A DNA stretch of 63,867 nt, counting the filler, from Bacteroidales bacterium (lineage in GTDB: Bacteria > Bacteroidota > Bacteroidia > Bacteroidales > CAIWKO01): the NCBI GenBank assembly GCA_035389045.1. It is 5 parts of 5 records of this genome, joined end to end, with 100 filler letters (N's around TTAATTAATTAA, not from the genome) between each part and the next. Parts side by side here need not be neighbours in the genome. Positions count along the whole stretch, not along the records: positions 15,237 to 29,943 come from DAOORA010000087.1; positions 30,044 to 44,379 come from DAOORA010000088.1; 3 more parts are not named here. The stretch is one strand, 5' to 3'. A program made the translations under genes and the position numbers. This document shows, piece after piece, positions 28,467 to 38,697 of this stretch. Within the stretch, counting starts at the first letter, position 1, and every line of letters starts with the position of its first letter. A model generated the notes under the pieces. It saw only the letters and a list, made by a program, of their open reading frames with translations, had not been told where the DNA came from and searched no databases.

Positions 28467-29447
28467 TTAAAGAATATATGTTTCAAGGATCTTGCACGTT
28501 TCTGAGGGAATGATCTCAAACTCCTTTATTATTGCGGGAACAAGCACCGACTCTCCCTTGCTGATCTTTTCGCTGTTACCGGCATAAACCAGCGTAAAAG
28601 CGCCGTCGATGCACAGGTAGGCCGCAAAAGAATCTATAGTATTAAAATCCTGTTCCAGCTTCCGGTCGAGGTCAAGCAGATTAACATTAAAATAGGCTGT
28701 TTTCTGAATAGATCGGCGGTGGTTCTTTGTTGTTTCAGGATGGGTTTTGCAAGGTACTTTTTCCCCAAAATTGATGGCATCAAGCGCCAGGTCTGTATGA
28801 AGTTCACGGATCATGCCCGCCTGATCGAAACGATCCCAGTCGTAAATACGGTACGTAATATCCGAAGATTGCTGAATCTCAGCCAGTAAAATTCCCGGAC
28901 CAATGGCATGAACATGCCCCGAAGGCACATAAAACACATCGCCGGGCTGCACTTTTTCATAGTTCAGAATGTCTTTTAATGTATTGGAATTCAGATGACT
29001 GAGGTATTCTTCTTTGGTGATTTTCTGTTTAAACCCGCTGATTAGTTCAGCGCTTTCTTCTGCGGCAATAACATACCACATCTCGGTTTTACCGGAACAC
29101 TGGTGGCGTTGCATGGCCAGTTCGTCGCCGGGATGAACCTGAACGGAAAGATAATCTTCGGCATTGATAAACTTAAACAGTAAAGGGAATTCATCACCAT
29201 ATTTTTCATAAACCATGTCGCCGACCAGGTCGCCCATATACACTTCAACAAGTTCGTTCAGGGCATTGTTTTTTAAAAAACCATTGCTTACCTCGCTTGA
29301 TGCATCTTCCATGCCTGATAATGCCCATAGTTCGCCGCAATTAGGTAATGGAGAATAATCCTGTTTCAGAATTTCATTTATTTTTTTCCCTCCCCAGATC
29401 TTTTCTTTATAGATCGGCTTAAATTTCAGTGGATATAATTCGTTCAT
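28467..29447 (-). CDS. manA: Mannose-6-phosphate isomerase, class I
   Basis: IWGG, FPLLFK..LSVQVHP, GKTEMWY and EIQQSSD.TYR.YD. Confidence 0.9.
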   Translation of the reverse strand: MNELYPLKFKPIYKEKIWGGKKINEILKQDYSPLPNCGELWALSGMEDASSEVSNGFLKNNALNELVEVYMGDLVGDMVYEKYGDEFPLLFKFINAEDYLSVQVHPGDELAMQRHQCSGKTEMWYVIAAEESAELISGFKQKITKEEYLSHLNSNTLKDILNYEKVQPGDVFYVPSGHVHAIGPGILLAEIQQSSDITYRIYDWDRFDQAGMIRELHTDLALDAINFGEKVPCKTHPETTKNHRRSIQKTAYFNVNLLDLDRKLEQDFNTIDSFAAYLCIDGAFTLVYAGNSEKISKGESVLVPAIIKEFEIIPSETCKILETYIL

Positions 29448-29640
29448 AAGATATGATTATGAAACAAAGATAGTAAAAAGGGCAGGTATGGTATTTCAAC
29501 TCATTTACTTTTTGGAGTTATATCACTAATATACACTACACCTCCAGGTGTCAGGGATTGGTTTATTAGCCCGGCCGGTTGTCTTCAGATGGCGGATTCC
29601 CTAACCCCTGCATGACTGCCTTCCTGTGCAGCAATTTATA

Positions 29641-29772
29641 CCAAATTGAAATATCAATTAGTCCAATAGGGCGTATTGATATTTCTTATTTGGTTATACC
29701 GATGATAAAAATAAATAGTACAAACGAGTGAAGCGAAGTTTGGACTATATTATTTTTCAAATCTATATAACT
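29641..29772. repeat. Paired imperfect hairpins (REP/MITE-like)
   Basis: CCAAAT..GAAATATCAAT / ATTGATATTTC..ATTTGG and GTTATA..AAAAATAAATAGT.CAAAC / GTTTG.ACTAT.TTATTTTT..TATAAC. Confidence 0.5.
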
Positions 29773-29877
29773 CTATTTAAAGTACACATAATCAAATAAT
29801 TAAAAATTTGTTTTTTAATTATACTTTTTGTCTTGAAACAAAAAGCACCAAAAAATTCAAGAAAATATATAGCGAAC

Positions 29878-29943
29878 CCTGTCTGCCGCCAGGCAGGCTC
29901 CGCACAGGCCACTCCCTGACACCGTGCTTCGGCAAGCTCAGCA
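29878..29943. repeat. REP-like palindromes at contig end
   Basis: CCTGTCTG-ccgc-CAGGCAGG and TGCT-tcggcaagctc-AGCA. Confidence 0.65.
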
Positions 29944-30043
29944 NNNNNNNNNNNNNNNNNNNNNNNNNNNNNNNNNNNNNNNNNNNNTTAATTAATTAAN
30001 NNNNNNNNNNNNNNNNNNNNNNNNNNNNNNNNNNNNNNNNNNN
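29944..30043. other. Assembly gap/contig linker
   Basis: N run with TTAATTAATTAA. Confidence 0.99.
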
Positions 30044-30247
30044 CTAAAAAATCCATCATAAATCTTATGTAACATAAAATCAAAACAGTTTCTAATAAGG
30101 GAAAATTTTTGAAGATACGCTGATATTTTTATAAAAATCAATTTAAAAATGAGGTATAAATCAATTTTGCATGAAAATGAAAGAAAATATTCAGTAGTTA
30201 TGGGAGATGTTTATAGAAAAATTTAATTTAGCACATAAAAAATAATA

Positions 30248-30901
30248 ATGCTAAATGTCCTCATCAGCGGATTTATTTTAGGGTTGACCCTTGCTGTTGT
30301 TATTGGTCCGGCATTTTTTACACTGCTACAGACCAGTATTTACAGGGGCTTTCGTTATGGGCTGTACCTGGCGCTGGGAATAATGTTAAGTGATTTTACG
30401 CTTATATTTTTAAGTTTCCTTGGCATATCACAACTCATCAGCAGCGATAAGTACAGCACGCTGTTCGGTATCATAGGAGGATTAATATTATTGGGATACG
30501 GGATATATGTTTTCCGTAAGAAAACAGGAACTTTTGAAACGGACATCCATGATTTGGATAAAAATAAAAATAAAACGTATTATGATCCACCATCCAAGTC
30601 CTACCTGTATATAATAAAGGGTTATTTTTTAAACTTAATAAATCCGTTTTTGCTGATTTTCTGGATGGGCATCATGGGTTATGTTGCAACAGAATATAAT
30701 TCCGAAATAAAAAAACTCACAGTTTTTTTTGGTGTTGCATTGGGAACAGTTTTCGCGACCGATGTTCTTAAATGCTTTGTAGCCAATAAGATAAGGGTTT
30801 TTTTGCGCCCGGGAATCCTTTCGTTTGTAAACCGGGCACTGGGAATTATGTTGTTTGTTTTTGGTTTGTACCTGATTATAAAAACCTTGTTTGTTTTTTG
30901 A
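30248..30901 (+). CDS. LysE family translocator
   Basis: IGPAFF.LLQTS..G..SD and GYFLNLINP..FW; hydrophobic helices. Confidence 0.9.
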   Translation: MLNVLISGFILGLTLAVVIGPAFFTLLQTSIYRGFRYGLYLALGIMLSDFTLIFLSFLGISQLISSDKYSTLFGIIGGLILLGYGIYVFRKKTGTFETDIHDLDKNKNKTYYDPPSKSYLYIIKGYFLNLINPFLLIFWMGIMGYVATEYNSEIKKLTVFFGVALGTVFATDVLKCFVANKIRVFLRPGILSFVNRALGIMLFVFGLYLIIKTLFVF

Positions 30902-31255
30902 GCGCTTTAATCATACTCCGATGATTTTTAACAAGTTTTTTGGTGCTAATCCGAATGATCTTGTTTTATTATAGTCCATCATTATAACGACGGTCAGAAG
31001 AATTAAGAAGCGGGACATTTTACTATGGATAAAAATAGAATTTGTATTATGCGTGAATGTTTTTAATGTTTTCAGAACGGATCATTCAGATTAATGTCCG
31101 TGTAGTTCGCCAAGAATTATGAAAAACGATCAACAAATGATGAAACTGCCGGTTTTTAGCCTGACTGGAAAAAGATAATAGGAGCAAATTTGCGACCTGT
31201 TGCAGAAATACCAACAATAATCATATTTTTGCGCCCAAATAAAACCAAGACACCC

Positions 31256-32491
31256 TTGATAAGAGATTCATTATTATTTACACCGGCATCGATCGGTCCG
31301 GTCAAACTCAGGAACAGGAGCATACGTGCTGCGGCCTTTGAGGGCATGTGCCCCGGGAACCGCCCGTCAGCCATGCTGCTCGATTATCACCACTCGGTGG
31401 CAGCCGGCGGCATCGGGATGACGACTGTGGCCTATGCATCAGTCACCCGCGACGGGCTCTCTTTTCCGCACCAGCTTTGGTTACGCAAAGAGATCATTCC
31501 CGAATTACGCAGTCTCACCGATACCATTCATAGCGAAGGCGCTGCAGTATCCATACAACTCGGACATTGTGGCAATATGTCGAAGAAATCTGTCGCCGGC
31601 AGAATACCGCTTAGTCCGTCAGGCGGTCTGAACATTTATTCGCCCACCTGGTCGAAAAAGATGACCAGAGAAGACATTATGCTAGTGGCAAAGGCTTACG
31701 GAAATGCGGTTGTCATAGCACGTGAATCGGGATTTGATGCGATTGAAGTTCATGCGGGGCATGGATACCTTATCAGCCAGTTTCTTTCGCCGTATACCAA
31801 CCGCCGAAAGGACGAATTCGGGGGGGCTCTCGAAAACCGTGCACGTTTCATGCGCTTGGTCATGCAACATGTAATGAAGGCTGCTGGTAATGATATAGGT
31901 GTCGTGGTGAAAATGAATATGAGTGATGGCTTCCATGGGGGTATGGAAACGGAGGAATGTTTAGAAGTTGCCCGCATGCTCGAAAGGGAAGGGGCGCATG
32001 CACTTATACTCAGCGGAGGTTTTGTAAGTAAAGCTCCAATGTTTGTGATGAGAGGGAGCATGCCGATCAGGTCTCTGACGTATTATATGAAAAACATCCC
32101 GTTAAAGATAGGTGTCGGTATAGCCGGAAAATGGATGATACCAGCGGTTCCTTTCAAAGAGGCTTACTTTCTGGAAGATGCATTAAAATTCAGACAAGCG
32201 GTAAAACTTCCTCTTGTTTATGTCGGAGGACTGATTTCCGGGGAGAAAATAGATCAGGTTCTTAACTCCGGATTTGAATTTGTTTCTATGGCCCGGGCGT
32301 TGCTTAACGAACCGGGATTTGTAAACCGGCTGAAACATGACAGGAAAGCACGCAGCCAATGCTCATGTAAAAATTATTGTATAGCTCGCATGTATTCCAT
32401 TGAAATGGCCTGTCACCAGCACATCAGCGAGCTTCCTTGCTGTCTGCAAAAAGAACTTGGAGTCTCAAAAAACAGATCGTGTTCGCAATGA
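31256..32491 (+). CDS. NADH:flavin oxidoreductase (Old Yellow Enzyme family)
   Basis: LRNR, QLGHCG and GFDAIEVHAGHGYLISQFLSP.TNRRKDEFGG. The TTG start at 31256 follows a TATTTTTG box at 31224. Confidence 0.9.
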   Translation: MIRDSLLFTPASIGPVKLRNRSIRAAAFEGMCPGNRPSAMLLDYHHSVAAGGIGMTTVAYASVTRDGLSFPHQLWLRKEIIPELRSLTDTIHSEGAAVSIQLGHCGNMSKKSVAGRIPLSPSGGLNIYSPTWSKKMTREDIMLVAKAYGNAVVIARESGFDAIEVHAGHGYLISQFLSPYTNRRKDEFGGALENRARFMRLVMQHVMKAAGNDIGVVVKMNMSDGFHGGMETEECLEVARMLEREGAHALILSGGFVSKAPMFVMRGSMPIRSLTYYMKNIPLKIGVGIAGKWMIPAVPFKEAYFLEDALKFRQAVKLPLVYVGGLISGEKIDQVLNSGFEFVSMARALLNEPGFVNRLKHDRKARSQCSCKNYCIARMYSIEMACHQHISELPCCLQKELGVSKNRSCSQ

Positions 32492-33294
32492 CAATGATTG
32501 CCAAAAATGAAACAGCTTTGGTTACGGGAGGAACGTCCGGAATTGGTTATGCTATTGCCCGTGAGTTTGCCAGCAGGGGATATAATCTGATACTGGTAAG
32601 TAACCAGAAAGAGCGCCTCAAAGAAGTTGCGGAAGAATTCAAAGCCAAATATAAAACTAACACCAAAACACTGTTCATGGATCTAGCCGCGGCGGATGCG
32701 GCAGTTATACTTTACGAATGGTGCCAGAGCGAAATGTTGGAGGTTGATGTGCTGGTGAATAATGCCGGAATTTTTTACTTCGGTGAGGTTGTTGAAACAA
32801 GCGTTGCCAATGCCTGTAACATAATATCCCTGCATGTATCAACACCGGCAAAACTTTGCATATTATTTGGAAAAGACATGAAGCAGCGGCGCCGGGGAAA
32901 TATCATCATCATTTCATCATTAGCTTCCTATATGCCCTACCCCGGTATCGCTTTTTATGCGGCAACCAAACGCTTTCTGAAAAGTTTCTCCCGTTCGCTG
33001 CGGACAGAAATGATTGATTATAATGTCAATGTCACCTGTATTTGCCCCGGTGCTGTTTCTACCAATCTATACGATCTCAGTCAGGAAAACCATAAAAAAG
33101 CAATAAAAGCAGGAATAATGATGCGCCCTGAAAAACTGGCAAAAAAAATCCTGAATGCTGCATTGGCAGGAAAATCCTTGATAATTCCCGGGATAAGCAA
33201 TAAGATATTTTTACCGTTTCTTTTTATTATCCCGCACGGAATTATCGGTTTAATAAGAAGATATACCCGGTTTTTACCTCCTGACCATCCATAA
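32488..33294 (+). CDS. SDR family oxidoreductase
   Basis: TGGTSGIG, NNAG and YAATK; ATGA overlap with the OYE gene. Confidence 0.92.
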   Translation: MTMIAKNETALVTGGTSGIGYAIAREFASRGYNLILVSNQKERLKEVAEEFKAKYKTNTKTLFMDLAAADAAVILYEWCQSEMLEVDVLVNNAGIFYFGEVVETSVANACNIISLHVSTPAKLCILFGKDMKQRRRGNIIIISSLASYMPYPGIAFYAATKRFLKSFSRSLRTEMIDYNVNVTCICPGAVSTNLYDLSQENHKKAIKAGIMMRPEKLAKKILNAALAGKSLIIPGISNKIFLPFLFIIPHGIIGLIRRYTRFLPPDHP

Positions 33295-33307
33295 GGATTT
33301 GCTATCG

Positions 33308-33438
33308 GGCACCTCTAAAAACTTCAAATTTCGTCATTCTTCAAATCCTTGCGTTCGACAACCTCAGCATTGGCATATAAGCCTAGTACAATGCGTATTT
33401 CAGAAATTCGACAGCCTAAACCTTTTTTTAGAAGCGCC
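33308..33438. mobile_element. MITE-like element
   Basis: Terminal inverted repeats GGCACCTCTAAAAA / TTTTTAGAAGCGCC (12 of 14 match); contains a TTCGACAACCTCA REP core. Confidence 0.55.
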
Positions 33439-33461
33439 TGATCAGGGTTAATAGAAAAACC

Positions 33462-33617
33462 CTATTGTTTTTTTATCATGGCCTGAGAATAATGCGAAAT
33501 AGCGCCAACACTGCTCTCGCAAAATCCGCCCTGAGGTATCCAGCCTTTTTCAATTAATGCATTGACCTGTTTTATCAAATCCTCAAATTTTGAGGCTGTA
33601 AGGACTGTGTATAACAT
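33462..33617 (-). CDS. Small DUF1737-like protein (51 aa, not in ORF track)
   Basis: Hand translation MLYTVLTASKFEDLIKQVNALIEKGWIPQGGFCESSVGAISHYSQAMIKKQ; VN..I..GW.PQGG..Y.QAM signature. Confidence 0.75.
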   Translation of the reverse strand: MLYTVLTASKFEDLIKQVNALIEKGWIPQGGFCESSVGAISHYSQAMIKKQ

Positions 33618-33809
33618 ATAAATTTAATTTTGGTTAATATTTATTTTTTTATTTTTGTCATAAAGTTAATATTATTCCAGATATTGAACTTCATCCAATT
33701 GATTGAAAGACTTGTTTTTTTCGTTATTCAGTTTTATTTTTGTTCTTGAAATGATTATTTTTGGTAGATATTGAGTTTTCAATGAATTTAGTTTAGAAAA
33801 ATTGTACAA

Positions 33810-36800
33810 ATGAAAAAAACAGCTTGGATTGTTATCGCGATTTTATCCTTAGTGACAAATTATTCTTTGGCTCAAAAAAGAGACAGGGAAGCCTTTGATT
33901 CTGCCTATATTTATTTTTCTCTTGAAAATTATCAACGTGCCTTGCCAATTTTTTTGAGACTTTATGGGGCTGATCCTGAAAATGCAAATCTTGCATTTCA
34001 TATAGGGGTCTGTTATAAGCATATGCCGTCTGATAAATTTAATGCAATACCGTATTTGGAAAAAGCGTCTGTTAAAGTGTCAGAGGAATACTCAGACAAC
34101 TATGACGAAAAAAAAGCGCCAGTAATAACATTTTTTTATCTTGGCACAGCATATCTTATTAATTATGACCTAAGTAAGGCGATCGCAGCAACAGAAAAAT
34201 ATAAAACATTTCTTAAGGAAAAAACAGATGGTGAAAATATCATTAATGCCAATCGTCAGATATCCATGTGCAAGGTAGCCAGAGAGATGATAAAGAATCC
34301 CATCCCGATCCAGGTGGAGAACCTTGGAAGCCATATTAACACTAATTTTCCTGAATATGCGCCGGTTGTCGATGTTTCCGGTAACGTTCTTTTTTTTACT
34401 TCCCGTCGGAATACCAATGTCGGTGAATTAATTGAGGACAATGGCTATTACTTTGAAGATATTTATATCTCAAACAAAGAAAAAAACAACAAATGGGGTG
34501 AGGCTGTAAATATCGGTAAATCAATAAATACTGAAGACCATGAAGCATCTATAAGCTTATCTCCCGACAAAAAACAATTGTTTATCTACAAAGATGACGG
34601 CGGTGATGGAAATATCTATGTGAGTAATTACGATAACAAAGAATGGTCCAGTCCCAGAAAACTTTCATCGCCTGTAAATACAGGGGCATGGGAAACACAT
34701 GCCAGCCTTTCGCCTGATGGTAAAACACTTTATTTTACAAGTGACAGAAAAGGCGGATATGGCGGGTTGGATATTTACATGGTCACCAAGCTTCCTAATG
34801 GAAATTGGGGGGAGGCAAAAAACTTAGGGGATGTTATCAACACTGAATACAATGAGGATGGGCCTTTTATCTTATCCAATAATACGCTGTATTTCTGTTC
34901 TGAAGGTCACAATACCATGGGAGGATATGATATATTTTACAGCAGACTTAAGAATGACGCAACATGGTCTGAACCGGTCAATATGGGTTACCCTATCAAC
35001 ACCACCGACAATGATATGTATTACACTCCTATTGATTCGGCAAATGCATATTTTGCATCAGTCAGAGTTGTCGATGATTTTCAAACCAGGGGATTTGGGA
35101 ACCTTGATATCTATAGACTTACAATTCATGAAGTAAAAATCCGTGGTATTGCATACGACAAACAAACGAACAAAATTATTACAGGAGCTAAAATTTCTTT
35201 GATGAATGAAAAAATGGAAGAAATTGCCATTGCATTTTCTGACGATAAAGGCGCCTATTCTTTTGCAGCCGATTATAATCGGAATTATAATTTAAAAGGA
35301 CAAAAAGAATTTTATTCCGATGGCAATAACTCTGCATCAACATATAACATCGGTGATGCTAAGGAAGTTACAGCCAATCTTTTGCTCGAAAAAAATATTG
35401 TTGCGGTATCGCTGAAAATTGAGGTAACCGATGCAGGTACCGGTGAACCTATAAAAGATGTAAGCGTCCCCTTAAAAGACGCAAAATCAGGAAAGCTTGA
35501 AAATTTTCTGACAAATGTCAATGGCGAAATTTTTAAATCATTAGACGATAAGACAATCAATGACAGCATATATTATCATATTAATTTTAGTAAAGAGGGT
35601 TACGAGTCAAAATATTTAACCTACCGATACCATATTGTAACACCTGGCGAAATACTGATCAAAGAGCAGTTAAATAAAAGCATACCATCGAAAATCATAA
35701 TAAGGGGGGTTGCATATGATAAAAACACTAATAAAATTATTCCCGGAACTGAAGTTACTTTGATGAATGAAAAAATGGAAATCATCAGTAAGGTTTTTGC
35801 TGATGAAAAAGGCGCGTATTCTTTTACTGCCGAATATAACCGGAACTATAATCTGAAAGGTCAGAAAGATGCCTTTTCAGATGGTTTTAATACAGCTTCC
35901 ACTATTAATGCCCGCAATGCCAAAGAAGTGACTGCCAATCTTTTGCTGGAAAAAGCAACTACGGTTTCCCTCAGATTGCAGATAACCGATGCCCAAACCG
36001 GAGAGCCACTGAAAGATGTCAGTGTCGTTCTGACCGATGAAAAAACAGGAATTGTTGAAAACCTCACAACAGACGAAAAGGGTGAAATACTTAAATCTCT
36101 TGATAATAAAAAAATTAATGACAGTCTGGTCTATAATATTAAACTTAATAAAGAATGTTTTATTGAAAAAATTATTGATTTCAGATATCGTATTTCAAAA
36201 TCCGGCGAAATACTTATCAAAGAAATGATCGGCAAAATCGGTGTGGGCGCAGATCTTGCAAAAATTTTCAAAATAAATCCGATTTATTTCGACCTCGATA
36301 AGTATTATATACGTCCGGATGCGGCTATAGAACTAGACAAAATTGTGAAGATCATGAATGAATATCCGGATATGGTAATTGAACTTGGCTCACATACCGA
36401 CTGCCGTGCCAGTTATGCTTACAATAATAAACTTTCGGATAACAGGGCCAAATCATCTGCAGAATATATCAGAAAACGGATCACTAATCCTGAAAGAATA
36501 TATGGTAAAGGTTATGGGGAAACGAAACTGGTCAACAGATGTGAATGTGAAGGAAGCAAGGTGGTGCCTTGTACGGAAGAAGAACACCAAATGAACAGAA
36601 GGACCGAATTTATAATAATTTCGGTAGGTGACGATAATACGGGAAAAACAGGTGAAATTAAAATCAATGGAACCGCTTACGAAATGGGTTCAAATGTGCC
36701 CGTACCCGGCGCTGAAGTGACATTAATGGATGAAAAAACGGAGGTGGTTGGCCGGACTTTTACCGATCAAAACGGAAAATATTCTTTTATAGCTGAATAT

Positions 36801-37592
36801 GATAAAAATTATCAATTGAATGGCAAAAAGAATTCTTATGAAGATGGCAGCATTAGTGTGTCTACTTTTCATTTATGCAATGCCAGACAGAAAACTGCTG
36901 ATATTAAGCTGAAAAAATCTTTTTCGGCGGTTCTCAAAATTCAGGTGACCGATGCGAAAACGAAACAGCCGCTGCAAGATGTGAATGTATTATTAAAGGA
37001 TGTTAAATCAGATAAGTCGGAAAATTATAAAACCAACGAATTCGGCGAAATTGTCAAGAATCTCGATGATAAGAAAATATACGACAGTTTGTGCTATGAA
37101 ATTACCCTCAGCAAAGATTCTTATATTACAAAAGTTATTCCTTACAAAAATATTGTTTCCAGATTTGGCGAAATATTGATTAAAGAAACGATAGGAAAAA
37201 TTGAAGTTGGTGCAGATCTTGGAAAGATTTTCCAAATAAATCCTATTTATTTTGATCTTGGTAAGTATGATATCCGCCCCGATGCCGCCCTTGAACTGGA
37301 TAAAATAGTGAATATCATGAATGAATATCAGGATATGGTCATAGAATTGGGTTCACATACCGACTGCCGCTCAAGTTTTGATTTTAATATTACACTTTCA
37401 AACAACAGGGCTAAGGCTTCAGCGTCCTATATCCAGAAACGGATTACGAATCCGCTTAGGATTTATGGCAAGGGTTATGGAGAAACCAAGCTTGTGAACA
37501 AGTGCGAATGTGAAGGAACCAGGGTAGTGCCTTGTACCGAAGAAGAACACCAGATGAACAGAAGAACCGAATTTATTATAATCTCATATTAG
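33810..37592 (+). CDS. TPR/PD40/carboxypeptidase-regulatory-like repeat protein with two OmpA domains
   Basis: PD40 repeats, three Ig-pair repeats and two copies of IYFDL.K..IRPDAA.EL..SHTDCR..NRRTEF. Confidence 0.9.
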   Translation: MKKTAWIVIAILSLVTNYSLAQKRDREAFDSAYIYFSLENYQRALPIFLRLYGADPENANLAFHIGVCYKHMPSDKFNAIPYLEKASVKVSEEYSDNYDEKKAPVITFFYLGTAYLINYDLSKAIAATEKYKTFLKEKTDGENIINANRQISMCKVAREMIKNPIPIQVENLGSHINTNFPEYAPVVDVSGNVLFFTSRRNTNVGELIEDNGYYFEDIYISNKEKNNKWGEAVNIGKSINTEDHEASISLSPDKKQLFIYKDDGGDGNIYVSNYDNKEWSSPRKLSSPVNTGAWETHASLSPDGKTLYFTSDRKGGYGGLDIYMVTKLPNGNWGEAKNLGDVINTEYNEDGPFILSNNTLYFCSEGHNTMGGYDIFYSRLKNDATWSEPVNMGYPINTTDNDMYYTPIDSANAYFASVRVVDDFQTRGFGNLDIYRLTIHEVKIRGIAYDKQTNKIITGAKISLMNEKMEEIAIAFSDDKGAYSFAADYNRNYNLKGQKEFYSDGNNSASTYNIGDAKEVTANLLLEKNIVAVSLKIEVTDAGTGEPIKDVSVPLKDAKSGKLENFLTNVNGEIFKSLDDKTINDSIYYHINFSKEGYESKYLTYRYHIVTPGEILIKEQLNKSIPSKIIIRGVAYDKNTNKIIPGTEVTLMNEKMEIISKVFADEKGAYSFTAEYNRNYNLKGQKDAFSDGFNTASTINARNAKEVTANLLLEKATTVSLRLQITDAQTGEPLKDVSVVLTDEKTGIVENLTTDEKGEILKSLDNKKINDSLVYNIKLNKECFIEKIIDFRYRISKSGEILIKEMIGKIGVGADLAKIFKINPIYFDLDKYYIRPDAAIELDKIVKIMNEYPDMVIELGSHTDCRASYAYNNKLSDNRAKSSAEYIRKRITNPERIYGKGYGETKLVNRCECEGSKVVPCTEEEHQMNRRTEFIIISVGDDNTGKTGEIKINGTAYEMGSNVPVPGAEVTLMDEKTEVVGRTFTDQNGKYSFIAEYDKNYQLNGKKNSYEDGSISVSTFHLCNARQKTADIKLKKSFSAVLKIQVTDAKTKQPLQDVNVLLKDVKSDKSENYKTNEFGEIVKNLDDKKIYDSLCYEITLSKDSYITKVIPYKNIVSRFGEILIKETIGKIEVGADLGKIFQINPIYFDLGKYDIRPDAALELDKIVNIMNEYQDMVIELGSHTDCRSSFDFNITLSNNRAKASASYIQKRITNPLRIYGKGYGETKLVNKCECEGTRVVPCTEEEHQMNRRTEFIIISY

Positions 37593-38100
37593 TTACAGGT
37601 TTTGCGCTGATTAAATGGTTCTCAAGTCAAAGGTTATTTCTTATCGAATGGGTAATGGGTGCTGCGTCAAAAATATTTGATCGCAGATAGATAGATAATA
37701 ATTATATGTCGTCCGGTTGGTAAGGCGCAGGGTGGTGATGCGTTTCAATATATTTTATTTCATTTGACACCATGACGAATAAGCATTCAGTCCTGTGGCT
37801 GCTTTTATGATTTTTGCCGGGTTTTTGCCGGTGCAATATGAAAATAGTATGATATAACCATTCTGAAACCGGACAATCTTTGCGGATGAATATCCAACAG
37901 GTAACAGATAGTCTGAAAATGGTATGTCAATGACCTTTATCGTTATTTCAATTTCAATAAAAATCATGGCGAAGTGGGTCTTCAGCAGGTGGACAAATTG
38001 ACTCATTTCATGGCCTTTCATGAGACACGCAGTTCTGAAAATGAAAAAATCCAGTATCTTTTTTCATCCTGTATCTTTTGCGTTCAGTTTTCGGGCAAAA

Positions 38101-38258
38101 TAGCTTGTGTCTGAACGAAACCCCTTATTCTCCCACCCCGGCCCCAATATAGTCGGCAGGTTTCAATCTCATCACAGAAGCGGTTGAGCTTTTTTCTGCT
38201 TCGCAAGCCTCGAAACTAAACTTTAAGATTCAGACAATGGGTTTCTGCTCAAACACTA
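38101..38258. mobile_element. Degenerate MITE-like element
   Basis: TGTCTGAA (38108) / TTCAGACA (38229) and GAAACCC / GGGTTTC inverted pairs. It shares GCCTCGAA with the 46607 element. Confidence 0.35.
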
Positions 38259-38624
38259 AAAAGAGGGCATTAAATTATTGCCCCGCAACGAATATGTATC
38301 AGGCACATTAGCCCGAAAGTATTCAACAGGGTTCACCAACCCCAATTGTGTAACTGCGGAACGCTGGTTTTGTAGGCCAATCCCTGTAAATTCAAAACTG
38401 AAGTTATAATTCTGGGTTTTAGGGAATAAAGCAATCTTTTAATACCATCACAATTTATGATCATTACCTTCCATAAAATTTTTGTCGGTCGTCGTTCTAT
38501 TTCAACCACAGGTCTTTTAACCGCTAAAATCAGATCAATTAACCCCTGGAAATTGATGGTGTTGTATGCAGGTATTACATTAATTCATTAGTGGTGGTTG
38601 TATGATAAATGAATGTCACGTAAC

Positions 38625-38662
38625 AAAAAAAATCAGGCTGCCTGATTTTCAGACAGCCTGAT
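38625..38662 (-). terminator. Intrinsic terminator of the adhesin gene
   Basis: ATCAGGCTG..CAGCCTGAT stem with an A-run on the + strand. Confidence 0.8.
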
Positions 38663-38697
38663 CTCAATAATTCAGGAATTTACATCCCTGTATAGAA

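Noticed and set aside
37620..38070. ORF 37755-38021 and neighbouring coding-like sequence
   Set aside because: Possibly a decayed gene (a frameshifted MKKILDFF start is conceivable), but I cannot assign any family.
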